From an uncultured virus (IMG/VR IMGVR_UViG_3300020048_000101) (Duplodnaviria; Heunggongvirae; Uroviricota; Caudoviricetes), in IMG/VR virus record IMGVR_UViG_3300020048_000101, positions 1 to 64,000 of that record: a DNA stretch of 64,000 bases; one strand, written 5' to 3'. Under the pieces are notes generated by a model. The model was not told the DNA's origin. It searched no databases and worked only from the letters and a program-made list of their open reading frames with translations. Positions 31,452 to 42,008 of this stretch are shown in pieces; within the stretch, counting starts at the first letter, position 1, and every line of letters begins with the position of its first letter. Made by a program: the position numbers and the translations under genes.

Positions 31452-32417
31452 ATGATAGATATATTTAACATACCCGATAAAAGTGTTAATTCTCAAATTT
31501 TTAGGACTAACTCATCAGGGGCAACAGGTTGGGAAACTTGGTCAAAACCAAATAACGTGTCATTCGTCAATATTTTATGTATTGGTGGTGGCGCCGGTGG
31601 AGGTGGTGGCCGTGGGAATTCTAATAACTCCGGAGGTGGTGGTGGCGGTGGAGGTTCTTCCGCTTTCTCATTAGGTGTTTTTCCTGCGTCATTATTACCT
31701 GACACATTATTCGTTCAAGTTGGTAAAGGTGGAACCGGTGGTTTAGGTGGGATTGTTAATGGTAATGGTGGTATTGGTGGTTCAGGTGAACATTCATATG
31801 TGTCAGTAATACCATCAACGGCAACTACTGCGGTGTTAATAAAAAATGGTGACACTGCACCTACAGGTGGTGGTGGTGGAACATCAAGTCTTACAGGGTC
31901 GGCTGGAGCGGCAGGTACTATATGGGTTTATTATACCTCATTTATATTCCCACAATTAGGTCAAGTATTTCCTGTTGCAGGACAAGCGGGTGTTATTGGT
32001 GGGTCGTCAGCCGGTGGGATAGGGACCTCAGTTACTTTAACAATACCTCTTTCAGGTGGTGCCGGCGGAGGTGGAAACTCTGCGGGTGGTGCAACTGCGA
32101 ATGGTGGTAACATAACGGGAACGGGTATTATCCCAACAGTTATTGGTGGAACCGCAAATTCAGCAACCATAGGATTAATTGAAGGTGGTCGAGGTCTTGG
32201 TGAGAATATTCCCACAACAAATTCAAGTTCACCTGTCCCATTATACTTTACAGGTGGTGCTGGCGGTGGTTCATCAAGTACCGCATCAAGAGTTGGTGGT
32301 TCTGGAGGTGATGGTAGTATCGGTTCAGGTGGAGGTGGTGGTGGTTCTGCTCAAAACGCTGCCGGTGGAAATGGTGGTGAAGGTGGTAACGGTATTATAA
32401 TAATTACTTGTTGGTAG
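31452..32417 (+). CDS. glycine-rich tail fibre-like protein (paralog 3)
   Basis: TWSKPN..IGGGAGG..LPDTLFVQVG..GEGGNGIIIIT. Confidence 0.7.
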   Translation: MIDIFNIPDKSVNSQIFRTNSSGATGWETWSKPNNVSFVNILCIGGGAGGGGGRGNSNNSGGGGGGGGSSAFSLGVFPASLLPDTLFVQVGKGGTGGLGGIVNGNGGIGGSGEHSYVSVIPSTATTAVLIKNGDTAPTGGGGGTSSLTGSAGAAGTIWVYYTSFIFPQLGQVFPVAGQAGVIGGSSAGGIGTSVTLTIPLSGGAGGGGNSAGGATANGGNITGTGIIPTVIGGTANSATIGLIEGGRGLGENIPTTNSSSPVPLYFTGGAGGGSSSTASRVGGSGGDGSIGSGGGGGGSAQNAAGGNGGEGGNGIIIITCW

Positions 32418-32445
32418 TTGACAATTCAACCGAAAAAATCTATTA

Positions 32446-33318
32446 TTGAGTATGGAAAAATATATTGGAAAAATTATAAATGGTAGTTGTATTGATGTTA
32501 TGGCGGATATGCCAATCAATTCAATTGACCTAATTGTTACATCGCCGCCTTACGGTGTTGGTATTGCCTATGACGTACACGATGATGATATGTACTTTGA
32601 AGAATATTTAAAGTTTACCACAGAATGGTTAACACAAGCCTATCAGATATTAAAGGATGATGGTAGAATTGCTATCAACATACCATACGAAATAAACCGA
32701 CAAGACAAAGGTGGTAGAATTTTCTTTTGTTCTGAAGTTTATCAAGTAATGAAAAGAATCGGATATAAGTTCTTCGGTATTGTTGACTTAGAAGAAGATT
32801 CACCTCATCGAAGTAAAACAACTGCTTGGGGTAGTTGGATGTCCCCGTCTAGCCCATATATTTATAATCCAAAAGAGTGTGTTATATTAGCATACAAACA
32901 CAAACATATTAAAATAGTTAAAGGTGAACCACAATGGAAGGGGACACCAACTGAAATTGAACAAGAAGATGGTAGCGTTAAAAAGAAAGTTGTCTATGAA
33001 GAGACGGATAAAAAAGAGTTTATGGAATTGGTTTTTGGCCAGTGGAAGTATTTTGCAGACACTAGGTCGTTAACTAAGGCGACATTCTCAATGGACATCC
33101 CAACGAAAGCCATTAAAATATTGTCATATAAAAATGATATAATATTAGACCCATTTGCGGGTTCAGGTACAAGTATGGTTGCCGCAGAAACATTGGATAG
33201 AAGATGGGTTGGGATTGAATTATCGCCAAATTATGCTGAGATTGCGAGAAATCGAGTACAAGGGTTTGTTGACCAAAAGAAACAATCTGTAATGGAATTT
33301 GAAGAAGGGACTAAATAA
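32446..33318 (+). CDS. site-specific DNA methyltransferase (N4-C/N6-A, beta class)
   Basis: VTSPPY precedes ILDPFAGSGTS..GIEL. Confidence 0.92.
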   Translation: MSMEKYIGKIINGSCIDVMADMPINSIDLIVTSPPYGVGIAYDVHDDDMYFEEYLKFTTEWLTQAYQILKDDGRIAINIPYEINRQDKGGRIFFCSEVYQVMKRIGYKFFGIVDLEEDSPHRSKTTAWGSWMSPSSPYIYNPKECVILAYKHKHIKIVKGEPQWKGTPTEIEQEDGSVKKKVVYEETDKKEFMELVFGQWKYFADTRSLTKATFSMDIPTKAIKILSYKNDIILDPFAGSGTSMVAAETLDRRWVGIELSPNYAEIARNRVQGFVDQKKQSVMEFEEGTK

Positions 33319-33363
33319 GTTCCTTTTTTTTGTTTTTCATAATATTTATTAAATAAATATATT

Positions 33364-34443
33364 ATGAAAGGTACTATTTTAAATGAGTCTGAATTTAATC
33401 TCAGAGTTGCGGAAATACATAGAGAAGAACAAATTAAAATAATTAATGAAAAGTGGAGGACTTTAACTAAAAATGAAAAAACATTTGTTGTTGAATTTTA
33501 TAAAGTCATTTATCCTGAAAACTCAAATTTTATTAATGAATCAACAGGATGGAATACTCTTGGTGATATTGCTGGTGTTTTTGACCCAACAGGTGTTATT
33601 GATTTAGTTAATGGTATAAGTTATTGGAAACAAGATGATAAATTATTTGCTATATTATCTTGGATTTCGGTAATACCTTATTTAGGTGATGTTATTGCTA
33701 AACCTGTCGTTGGTCTATTAAAATTAGGTGGTGACGCCGTTAAAGGTTTTAGATATGCAGCAGCGGGTAAAGATGCTGTTAAATTAGCTGAAGCCGCTAA
33801 AAATGCTGGTGGTCCTATTGCGAGTTTTGTTGAGAAAGCACCGAGTTGGGGTTCTAAGTTAGTAAAATTATTACGTCAGTCAATTGGTCGTTTTCCTTTT
33901 ATCGGTAGAATTGCTGGATTAGTTCAGGAATATATAAAACTTTTCGTAAATGCGGGTAAAGAGATTAAAGTTGGTTCTAAAATGGCTAAAGGTTTAGAAA
34001 CTGCGGAAAAAGAATCTCTTAAATCAACATTTAAAACTTTCAAAGACTATGGAGGGTTTAAAAATAAATACTTTAAATATATTTCGGCTAAAAATGTTCC
34101 ATTATGGAATAAATTTGCAGCGGGAGCACCTCGTTTATTAGGTGGTAATCCGGCGACAAGGTCATTAATGAGAAGGACTAAATGGTATTTAGGGTTATTA
34201 GATAGTTTAGGGATTGTTGATTCAAAAACAACACCTGATGAATTAATAGCAAAATATCCAAATATTGATGATAGAGTTAATCAGTACAATGAAACTGAGA
34301 CCGCACAAAAAAATTGGTCGGAAGATTTCGCAACTGAAGAATTAGATGCAGGTGCTGACACAATAACGCCTGTAACACCAACGGCACCAACATCAGATAA
34401 ATCTAACCCTCTTGATATGTTTCTTGGGCGTATGTTCGCATAA
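33364..34443 (+). CDS. putative internal virion protein with pre-toxin-TG-like segment
   Basis: DIAGVFDPTGVIDLVNG...SVIPYLGD; ILNESE leader. Confidence 0.5.
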   Translation: MKGTILNESEFNLRVAEIHREEQIKIINEKWRTLTKNEKTFVVEFYKVIYPENSNFINESTGWNTLGDIAGVFDPTGVIDLVNGISYWKQDDKLFAILSWISVIPYLGDVIAKPVVGLLKLGGDAVKGFRYAAAGKDAVKLAEAAKNAGGPIASFVEKAPSWGSKLVKLLRQSIGRFPFIGRIAGLVQEYIKLFVNAGKEIKVGSKMAKGLETAEKESLKSTFKTFKDYGGFKNKYFKYISAKNVPLWNKFAAGAPRLLGGNPATRSLMRRTKWYLGLLDSLGIVDSKTTPDELIAKYPNIDDRVNQYNETETAQKNWSEDFATEELDAGADTITPVTPTAPTSDKSNPLDMFLGRMFA

Positions 34444-34452
34444 TTATATAAT

Positions 34453-35868
34453 ATGAAAAGAGAATTATTAAAGGAATCTGGAATACAAAATATTAAAGAT
34501 ATCGCCAAAAGATTTCAAAAGGCTAAGATATATTTTCATCAAGATTTGGATGGTGTGACTACCGCAATAGCAATGAAAGAGTACTTGGCTCAATATGGAA
34601 TTAAGACAGTTGATTCTGAAATCACTCAGTATGGTTCAAAAGAATGGGCGATAAGTGCCCCTGACACTGAAGATGTTATGGCGGTATTGGTTGATTTTGC
34701 TCACGGTAAACCAATGTTTACTATTCACACTGACCATCACGATAGTCAAGCGGGTGTTGAAGCCGGTACATCAAAAAATTTCAGGTCCTCAAGGTCAAAT
34801 GCTGAGACTATGTCACAAATTGTTTCACCAAAAGATTTATTTCCAAATGAGGACATTTTATTAATATCGACTGTGGATTCTGCGAATTTTGCACCTCAAG
34901 ATATTAGTACTGATGAGGTGATAAATTATTTATGGAAATTAGATAAAGACAAATCTTTACAGAGAAATAAAATGGCGTTGGGGTTTGTAACAAACAAATT
35001 ATTGTTAGCCTTCAAAAGTAAACCTGGATTCTTAGAAGAGTTAGTAATGACATCAACACCTTCATTATTGAATATCTTACTTAATATTAAACGTATTATG
35101 GTTGAGAAAAATTACCCGGGTGTTGAAAAATTACAGAAACACAAAGACATTTATATTAACAAAATGAAAAATTCTCCCCTTGTTAAAGTCATCGGGAATG
35201 TTATTGTTCAATATGGTGGTGGTGATATGTTTTTACCGGGTTCATTTGATAGATACACACCATTTGAAAATAACCCTGATGCTGATTTCTTTGTAATTAG
35301 TTGGGATATGGGATTGGTTCAAGCGTCTTGTAATCCATATAAAAAAGAAAGAGCATTGAAAGGTGTTGATTTAGGTAAAATTGGTGATGAAGTTTTATTA
35401 AAATGGAAAACAAAATTAATGGAAAAACCTGTGTCATTATCAACACTTAAATGGGTTTCAGAAAATAGTAGGGAGTTTAACAAAAAATCTGTTGGTTTCA
35501 CATTTAAAGATTTTGTTGCGATTTATGGTAGTCAGTTTAAAACAATTGATAATGGTCGAGAGTTGTTAACTATTATTGGTGAAATTATGTCAAAACCATA
35601 TCAATCTTTGAGTGAAAAACAAAGAGCGTTATTGGAAAATATATATATAAGTGCTTGGGATATTATTGATAAAAATAGTGGTGGTCATAAATGTATTACC
35701 AATATTTCGGGTCTTAATTATTTAGGTAAAAATTCACAAAGACCTGATGAAGGGGATGAAAATGCTATGTATGTTAAAAACGTTGATGAGAAGGCAACTA
35801 AACAATTTACAAGAATGATTCAGGATGAATTCGTAAGAGTTCTTCAAAGTAAAATTAACGAAGGTTAA
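34453..35868 (+). CDS. DHH-family phosphoesterase-like protein
   Basis: HQDLDG, LVDF, TDHH, C-terminal GGH. Confidence 0.7.
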   Translation: MKRELLKESGIQNIKDIAKRFQKAKIYFHQDLDGVTTAIAMKEYLAQYGIKTVDSEITQYGSKEWAISAPDTEDVMAVLVDFAHGKPMFTIHTDHHDSQAGVEAGTSKNFRSSRSNAETMSQIVSPKDLFPNEDILLISTVDSANFAPQDISTDEVINYLWKLDKDKSLQRNKMALGFVTNKLLLAFKSKPGFLEELVMTSTPSLLNILLNIKRIMVEKNYPGVEKLQKHKDIYINKMKNSPLVKVIGNVIVQYGGGDMFLPGSFDRYTPFENNPDADFFVISWDMGLVQASCNPYKKERALKGVDLGKIGDEVLLKWKTKLMEKPVSLSTLKWVSENSREFNKKSVGFTFKDFVAIYGSQFKTIDNGRELLTIIGEIMSKPYQSLSEKQRALLENIYISAWDIIDKNSGGHKCITNISGLNYLGKNSQRPDEGDENAMYVKNVDEKATKQFTRMIQDEFVRVLQSKINEG

Positions 35869-36212
35869 AATTGGATGGTGTCGTCAAGTTTAATGTTTAA
35901 ACGTTTACACGTACCGCCTTTAACTTCTAATATCATATCACCTTCACCACAATAGTTTCCACAATCTTTTGATTTACAAGGGTCACAATTGTGGTGGATG
36001 TTGAAAATCTTACCATCTTTAATAAAAATAATATCTAATGGTATTATACAATTTTTCATCCAAAAACAATGGATTCCTTCTTTCATTAAGAATAGCATAC
36101 CATTAAATGTTTTGTCAAACTTTTTATCCATCATACCTTGTTGTGTATGTTTAGAAGTTATCATTACTTTGACTTTAAACTTATTATCGTTAATTTTAAT
36201 TATCATATTCAT
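35865..36212 (-). CDS. DUF192 domain protein
   Basis: GMLF, FWMKNCIIPLDIIFI, ILEVKGG. Confidence 0.9.
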   Translation of the reverse strand: MNMIIKINDNKFKVKVMITSKHTQQGMMDKKFDKTFNGMLFLMKEGIHCFWMKNCIIPLDIIFIKDGKIFNIHHNCDPCKSKDCGNYCGEGDMILEVKGGTCKRLNIKLDDTIQF

Positions 36213-36345
36213 AAATATCCAAAACTTTTTAAAATTTTGATATATTTATATTTTACACGAAAAACCATAACCCCTTTCTAACTATGGTAATATTAATTCC
36301 CCAATAAATTAAACTTTATTGGGGTTTTTTATTATATTTGTCTTT

Positions 36346-36780
36346 ATGAAAGGTAACGTTAACATAGTAAACCGAAAGGTTAAGTTTGAGTATCACTTTA
36401 TTGAGACATTTATTGTTGGGTTACAACTTCAGGGGTCTGAGGTTAAGGCAATCTCCAATAGTATGATTTCGATGGTGGATACCTATTGTTATTTTAAGAG
36501 TGGTGAACTATACGTTAAGGGTATGAACGTGACAAGTAATAATGTTGCGTATAGTCACGAACCAAGTAGGGAACGTAAGATTTTAATGAAGAAGAAAGAA
36601 CTCCGAAAATTGGAGAAAGAGTTAATCAATGGATTAACAATCATTCCTTATCGAGTTTTCCGTAATGAGAGGGGATTAATCAAAATGGAAATCGTTTTGG
36701 CTAAAGGGAAAAACTTATACGATAAAAGAAATTCACTAAAAGAAAAAGATATTAATCGTGAAATGATGCGTGGTCTTTGA
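36346..36780 (+). CDS. smpB: SsrA-binding protein SmpB
   Basis: NRKVKFEY, GLQLQGSEVKAI, HEPSRERKILM, GKNLYDKR; TATATTTG promoter 36333-36340. Confidence 0.93.
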   Translation: MKGNVNIVNRKVKFEYHFIETFIVGLQLQGSEVKAISNSMISMVDTYCYFKSGELYVKGMNVTSNNVAYSHEPSRERKILMKKKELRKLEKELINGLTIIPYRVFRNERGLIKMEIVLAKGKNLYDKRNSLKEKDINREMMRGL

Positions 36781-36813
36781 ATTTAATTTATAACTTTGTT
36801 AAAAATAGAAATT

Positions 36814-36924
36814 ATGAGAACAATTGAGATAACACAAACAGAAATTTTGATGGCGACTAGACCTAATGTATATCGCAATAGAAAAAAATACACCCGTAAG
36901 GATAAACATAAAACAAATTACTAA
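36814..36924 (+). CDS. 36-aa basic peptide, ArfA-like C-terminus (absent from ORF track)
   Basis: MRTIEITQTEILMATRPNVYRNRKKYTRKDKHKTNY; own TAACTTTG element at 36791-36798. Confidence 0.6.
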   Translation: MRTIEITQTEILMATRPNVYRNRKKYTRKDKHKTNY

Positions 36925-37480
36925 TATGTTGAAAGGTACTATAAGATTTAATGAAGATAAGGGGTTCTATGTAGAACATTCCCCCAAGAATATATACGCC
37001 ATTTGTAGTGGTGAAAATATTGTGAGAACATTTTATCAAGAATTAATGTTGGACCCGTTTACTGAGGGTTTGACATATAAAGACGGGGATGAGGTTACCT
37101 TCAAGAAAGAATTATATATTGATAATGGGGGTTCATTTTATTTTGCAGAAATAATTGAGTGTTAATTGAATTTTATTTATATCTTTGTTGAAACGAAAAA
37201 ATTATGACGACAATTACATACAACATTAGAATTGAGAACGAGAAGTTCGGACCTTTATTAAATGAAACATTCGTGGACGGTATACAATACAAACTATTCC
37301 TAAAAATGGTCCACGGATGTTTGGAGTTGAAAAACGATTTAACGTTCTTCAATGGAACAGATTTCTTAATCAACGTACCATACAAATATCTATGTGAGTC
37401 AATCATCGTAACTAAAACAAATGATTACGACTTGGCTGACCATATGAAAAGTAAAATCGAAGCATTAGTTACTAAGTAAT

Positions 37481-37927
37481 ATGAAGATACTAATTTATAT
37501 ATTGTTAATGTTGGGGGTTACTTCGTGTATCAAAGAAAACCCCCAACCATCGGTGGCACCACCTGTAATTACATATCCGCATAACAATGATACAACACAG
37601 GATTCAATACCTACATTAGTAGGTCAAACTTGGGTTATAACGGGGGTTAGGATTGGAGGAATAGGAAATCCTAACCCGAACAACGATACGTTAAAATTTA
37701 TTACTAATACAACGTATAAGTTTAATGGATACACATCAAATTATTCATTATATTATACAGGTGGCGGGTTTAACTTGTCAATGAACGGAACACCTTGGGG
37801 ATATTTAAGTGGGACAATATATCAATACAATTTGGTGAGTGGTGATATTCAGGGTTTGAAATTTATTGACATCACACCTGGTACAAGTAACCAAACAAAT
37901 TATTATCTTTGGATGAAGAAAGTCTGA
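37481..37927 (+). CDS. lipoprotein, lipocalin-like
   Basis: signal peptide with VTSC lipobox; LVGQTWVIT. Confidence 0.6.
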   Translation: MKILIYILLMLGVTSCIKENPQPSVAPPVITYPHNNDTTQDSIPTLVGQTWVITGVRIGGIGNPNPNNDTLKFITNTTYKFNGYTSNYSLYYTGGGFNLSMNGTPWGYLSGTIYQYNLVSGDIQGLKFIDITPGTSNQTNYYLWMKKV

Positions 37928-38213
37928 TTGACTTTATGAAATAGAATAAGTAGTATTAATAACAATTTAAAAAAAGTGTAAGTTATGAAATGAAAAGTTT
38001 AAGAATTAGTAGTAATGGTTGGATGGTTCTAGCCTCTACAATTATCTACATCAGTGTTCTCACAATGATATTCGAATATGTTATCAGTAGAGAGTTTCCG
38101 GTGTTTTTACAAATAGTGAGTATGTTCTTTTTGGTTTTTTATTCTGTGTTTCAGATAAAAACGATTGGGGTATATGTGATAAATTTATTAACAAAAAAAG
38201 AAGAAGAAAAATT

Positions 38214-39116
38214 ATGATTACAATTATTTTATTAGTGATTTCATTGGTTATCGGAGCGATATCAATTATTAGAGGGATAACAAATAACGATGACGTACAA
38301 TTACGAAACGGGATTATCATCGCAGTGTTAGGGGTTATCATTTCATTTGTCCAACCATTCTCAACAGAAAGAGTTGACCAAGGTAACGTAGGGATTAAAG
38401 TGAATTTAACGGGTGATGAACGTGGAGTTTCAAAGTATGAGTACAAGACAGGTTGGGTGGTTTATAACTCTTGGACCGAAAATATGTTTGAGTTTCCTGT
38501 ATTCCAACAACATATCGAATATGACGACCAAGTTGTAATTACTAAAGGTGGGTTTACCACAACTATTAGACCTACATTTAACTACTCATTGAAATCAAAT
38601 AGAGTTGGGGATATGTTCCAAAACTTGAGACTACCGATTAAAGAAGTCGAACAAGGATGGTTGAAAAACGCAATCGTTGGAGCGGTAAATGACGTGGCGA
38701 ATACTTGGTCTGTGGATAGTATCTTTAACCACCGTGAAAACTTCGAGTCTAATATCATAGTTGAATGTAATAAACGATTAATTAGATGGTTTGACGTATC
38801 TCAGTTGAGAACAAACATCACACCTCCTGAGGCATTACAAGAATCTATTATTGCAAAAACAAAGGCTATCCAACAAGCTGAAGCGTCTAAACAACAAGCA
38901 ATTGCGGCTCAGGCTGATGGTCAACGTAAAATCGCGGTCGCTAAGGCTGACTCTGCTGAGACAATCATTAACGCTTCCGCTAAGGCAAGGGCGATGGATT
39001 TAACACAACAAAAGTTAACACCTTTGTATGTTGAATACAAGAAAATTGAGAAATGGGATGGGCAATTACCGACCACAATGGCGGGTGGTTCAGGAACATT
39101 CTTGAACATTAAATAA
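38214..39116 (+). CDS. SPFH/band 7/prohibitin family membrane protein
   Basis: TM helices, VDQGNVGIKV, alanine-rich coiled-coil, KWDGQLP. Confidence 0.9.
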   Translation: MITIILLVISLVIGAISIIRGITNNDDVQLRNGIIIAVLGVIISFVQPFSTERVDQGNVGIKVNLTGDERGVSKYEYKTGWVVYNSWTENMFEFPVFQQHIEYDDQVVITKGGFTTTIRPTFNYSLKSNRVGDMFQNLRLPIKEVEQGWLKNAIVGAVNDVANTWSVDSIFNHRENFESNIIVECNKRLIRWFDVSQLRTNITPPEALQESIIAKTKAIQQAEASKQQAIAAQADGQRKIAVAKADSAETIINASAKARAMDLTQQKLTPLYVEYKKIEKWDGQLPTTMAGGSGTFLNIK

Positions 39117-40005
39117 TAATAGTACAACACGATATAATAACCAACAACCAAAAAACTTATAGAAATGAAAGTAGATGTGTCCAAATGTTCGATTGAAGAA
39201 TTAGTTGAACTAAAATATAAGATTAATTGTTTAATCACTGATTATTCTGATGGACACATCTACATCTGTAAGGTTAGGTCTTATGGTCGTAATTGGATTC
39301 AATCAAGCGTAAAAAATTTGTCAACACTACAGGAATTGTGTTATGAATATGGTGGTGACGATGGTATTGTTGATGTTTACACAACGAATACTGACTTAGG
39401 TGAGGATTTCAGTAATTATGGTGATACTATGATTATTAAGTCACTTGAGGATTATGAGAAATGGAGTTTATATAATGGCCGTAAAAGGGAAATTGAAAGA
39501 GCTGAACAAGAAATAATTGATTATGCGGAGGACCAAGAGAAACCTTATTATCAAAAACGTTCTTATTTTCCCCCAATCTACACACAGGAGATTGTTGACA
39601 GAATGAAGGTAGAATTCAATGAACTCCCAACTGATTTTGAAACCCCAATTAATTATTTTAAAAAAGTTGTTGATTAAACCAAAGTTTTTGTATATTTGTA
39701 TAAAAACATACGGATATGAGTTCAGAAGCTTCAGCAATATTATTTATGATTGGAATGTCAGGTTACTTGATATTCAGATTTTGGAAAATAATTTTAAAAT
39801 TAATAATTGGAATATTATTTTTTTGTGTGGCATTTACGTTCATAACATTAAAAAAATACTACGATGAGTTAGGTAGTGATACTAATAAAACTGAAAAAAT
39901 GGAACAAGTTGTCCAAGAAACGGTTATAAAGTCAACACCTGGTTTTTAACGAATGTCGTTTCCTTGTATCGTAAACAAGGTGGTGGATGTGCCTTTATGG
40001 CCCCA

Positions 40006-40032
40006 AAGGGAGATTTCGGTCTCCCTTTTTTT
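40006..40032 (+). terminator. intrinsic terminator
   Basis: AAGGGAGA-TTTCGG-TCTCCCTTTTTTT. Confidence 0.8.
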
Positions 40033-40451
40033 ATTTAATGATATTTATAAATAAAAACGATTATGGGTAATATCATTATAACAGAAAAACAACTTGAGAG
40101 ATTAACTAACCGAGTTAAAAACTCAATAAATGAGAACCAAGAAGAAGGTTCTTATATGTCGAAAAAACAACTTCATACCATTGCAAAATTGGCTTATCTT
40201 ATGTGGAAGAAAATGGAAGATGGTGAACAATTAGAGAATTGGATGGAAAGTAAAATCGCTCAGGCAGAACAAAGTGTAATATCGGTAGTTAATGAATTTA
40301 TGTATCCCAAAGGTACAAGTTCTGATGGTCAGAGAAAAGATTTTGATGGTACTAAAGATATTGATTTTGATGAAATTATTATTGGTAATTAAGAAAGACT
40401 AATTGATACTATAAAACCTTTAACCTATAATTAGGTAAAGGTTTTTTTTTT

Positions 40452-40976
40452 ATGGAATATCCCCAATTTAAAAGTAATCCGGTGTTTGTGGACCACCGAG
40501 GAACATTTGCACCACTATCGTTAAATTCTGAAGGTAAGGATTGGTTACAGAGTAATGTTAGTTTTAACCCCGAAATTTACACTCTAAGAGGTTTACACTT
40601 CCAAGTTGGGGAGAAATCTCAGTGTAAGTTAATAAAGGTAATCACGGGAACTATAATTGATTTTATTGTTGATATTCGTGAGGACTCTCCTGAGTATATG
40701 AATTTGTTATATTACCCTATGACACCTGGTGATGAGTTATTAGTACCGAGGGGATTCGCTCACGGGTTTATGACAACATCCCCTAACACCATTGTTCAGT
40801 ATTTGGTGGATAATGATTATTCACCAGAATCTGAGGGGTCGATTTATTGGAAAGAAGTTGATGGGTTGTATGGGATTTTAAATTCGTATGTCCTATTCAC
40901 GGAATTAACCGATGATATCGTCGTAATGTCAGATAAAGATTATTTAACTAAAAATTTTGTTAGAAATGAAAAATGA
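40452..40976 (+). CDS. rmlC: dTDP-4-dehydrorhamnose 3,5-epimerase
   Basis: DHRGTF, TLRGLHFQ, VDIREDSP, VPRGFAHGF, Y.VDNDYSPE. Confidence 0.9.
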   Translation: MEYPQFKSNPVFVDHRGTFAPLSLNSEGKDWLQSNVSFNPEIYTLRGLHFQVGEKSQCKLIKVITGTIIDFIVDIREDSPEYMNLLYYPMTPGDELLVPRGFAHGFMTTSPNTIVQYLVDNDYSPESEGSIYWKEVDGLYGILNSYVLFTELTDDIVVMSDKDYLTKNFVRNEK

Positions 40977-41123
40977 AAAAGAATTGATTAGTCAAGAAAA
41001 TGAGGTTGAGTTAAAAGAAATGTTGTTAGACTTGATTAAGGAAACGCCTAATGATATGGAATTAGGTAAGAAAGTTAGGGCTTATTTTATTAGTGAAGGT
41101 ATTTATAGTAAAAACGTATAAAT

Positions 41124-41594
41124 ATGGGAAACATTATAAGTAAAAAAGATATCTTAAATAGAAGGTTAATGGAACAGGAAGAAGAAACCGAACCTGAAAA
41201 TAATAGTGGTGAAAATAATAGTGGTGAAAATAATAGTTTTACACAATTGGTTTCAAAATTATTACATTCAAGGAATCAAGTTCATATTTTCCACTTACAA
41301 ACTAAATCATTTGCCGAACATAATGCTCTTAACGATTATTATGATGGGGTTTTAGATTTATTTGATTCATTAATTGAGTCTTATCAAGGTAAACACGGAA
41401 TAATCTCAAATTATAAATGTGACGGTTTTGAAGATTACAAAAGTGGTGAACAAGTGATTAACTATTTAAAAGGATTGGATAAAGACATTGATAGTTTAAG
41501 AAAGTCAATTAAAGAGAGTTTCCTTCAAAATCAAATTGATACTGTACAGGAATTGATTTATTCAACATTGTATAAATTAAGATTTTTAAAATAA
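41124..41594 (+). CDS. ferritin-like four-helix protein (DUF5856-like)
   Basis: HIFHLQTKSFAEHNALNDYY..LIESYQG..LQNQID..TLYKL. Confidence 0.7.
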   Translation: MGNIISKKDILNRRLMEQEEETEPENNSGENNSGENNSFTQLVSKLLHSRNQVHIFHLQTKSFAEHNALNDYYDGVLDLFDSLIESYQGKHGIISNYKCDGFEDYKSGEQVINYLKGLDKDIDSLRKSIKESFLQNQIDTVQELIYSTLYKLRFLK

Positions 41595-42008
41595 TTTAAA
41601 TCCCTCACTGAAAAGTGGGGGTTTTTTATATCTTTGTAATATGGATGATAACCTTAAAAATAAAATTGCGAAATCTATAGTTAACTTAGTTAAGTTGGAC
41701 TTGTATTATGATGGCGTTGGTTTTGTTGTTTATAAAATTAAATACCCTTACGTATCGAATAATAGTGATAGGACTTACAATTTAAAAATCGAGTTAAATA
41801 AAGAATCTTGGACATTTGATATGCCGGCTTATGGTCAATTAAACGATTATTTAGAAAGTTTGTTTAGAATTAAAGATAGAGAAACTAAAGATGAGATTCG
41901 TGAAATGATTATTGATGAAATGGAGGTTAAAGTTCGTAAATTACGAATATACCTATTGACACCTTGAAAAAAAAATCATATCCTTTAACTATAACAAAAA
42001 CGAAAGAT

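Noticed and set aside
24262..32519. Antisense and alternate-frame ORFs within the fibre and glycine-rich genes
   Set aside because: Shadows of GGT/ACA-rich codon usage with no independent signals.
36866..36925. N-terminal 20 aa of ORF-track call 36866..37165
   Set aside because: It overlaps the more plausible 36814-36924 peptide; the real start is probably ATG 36926.
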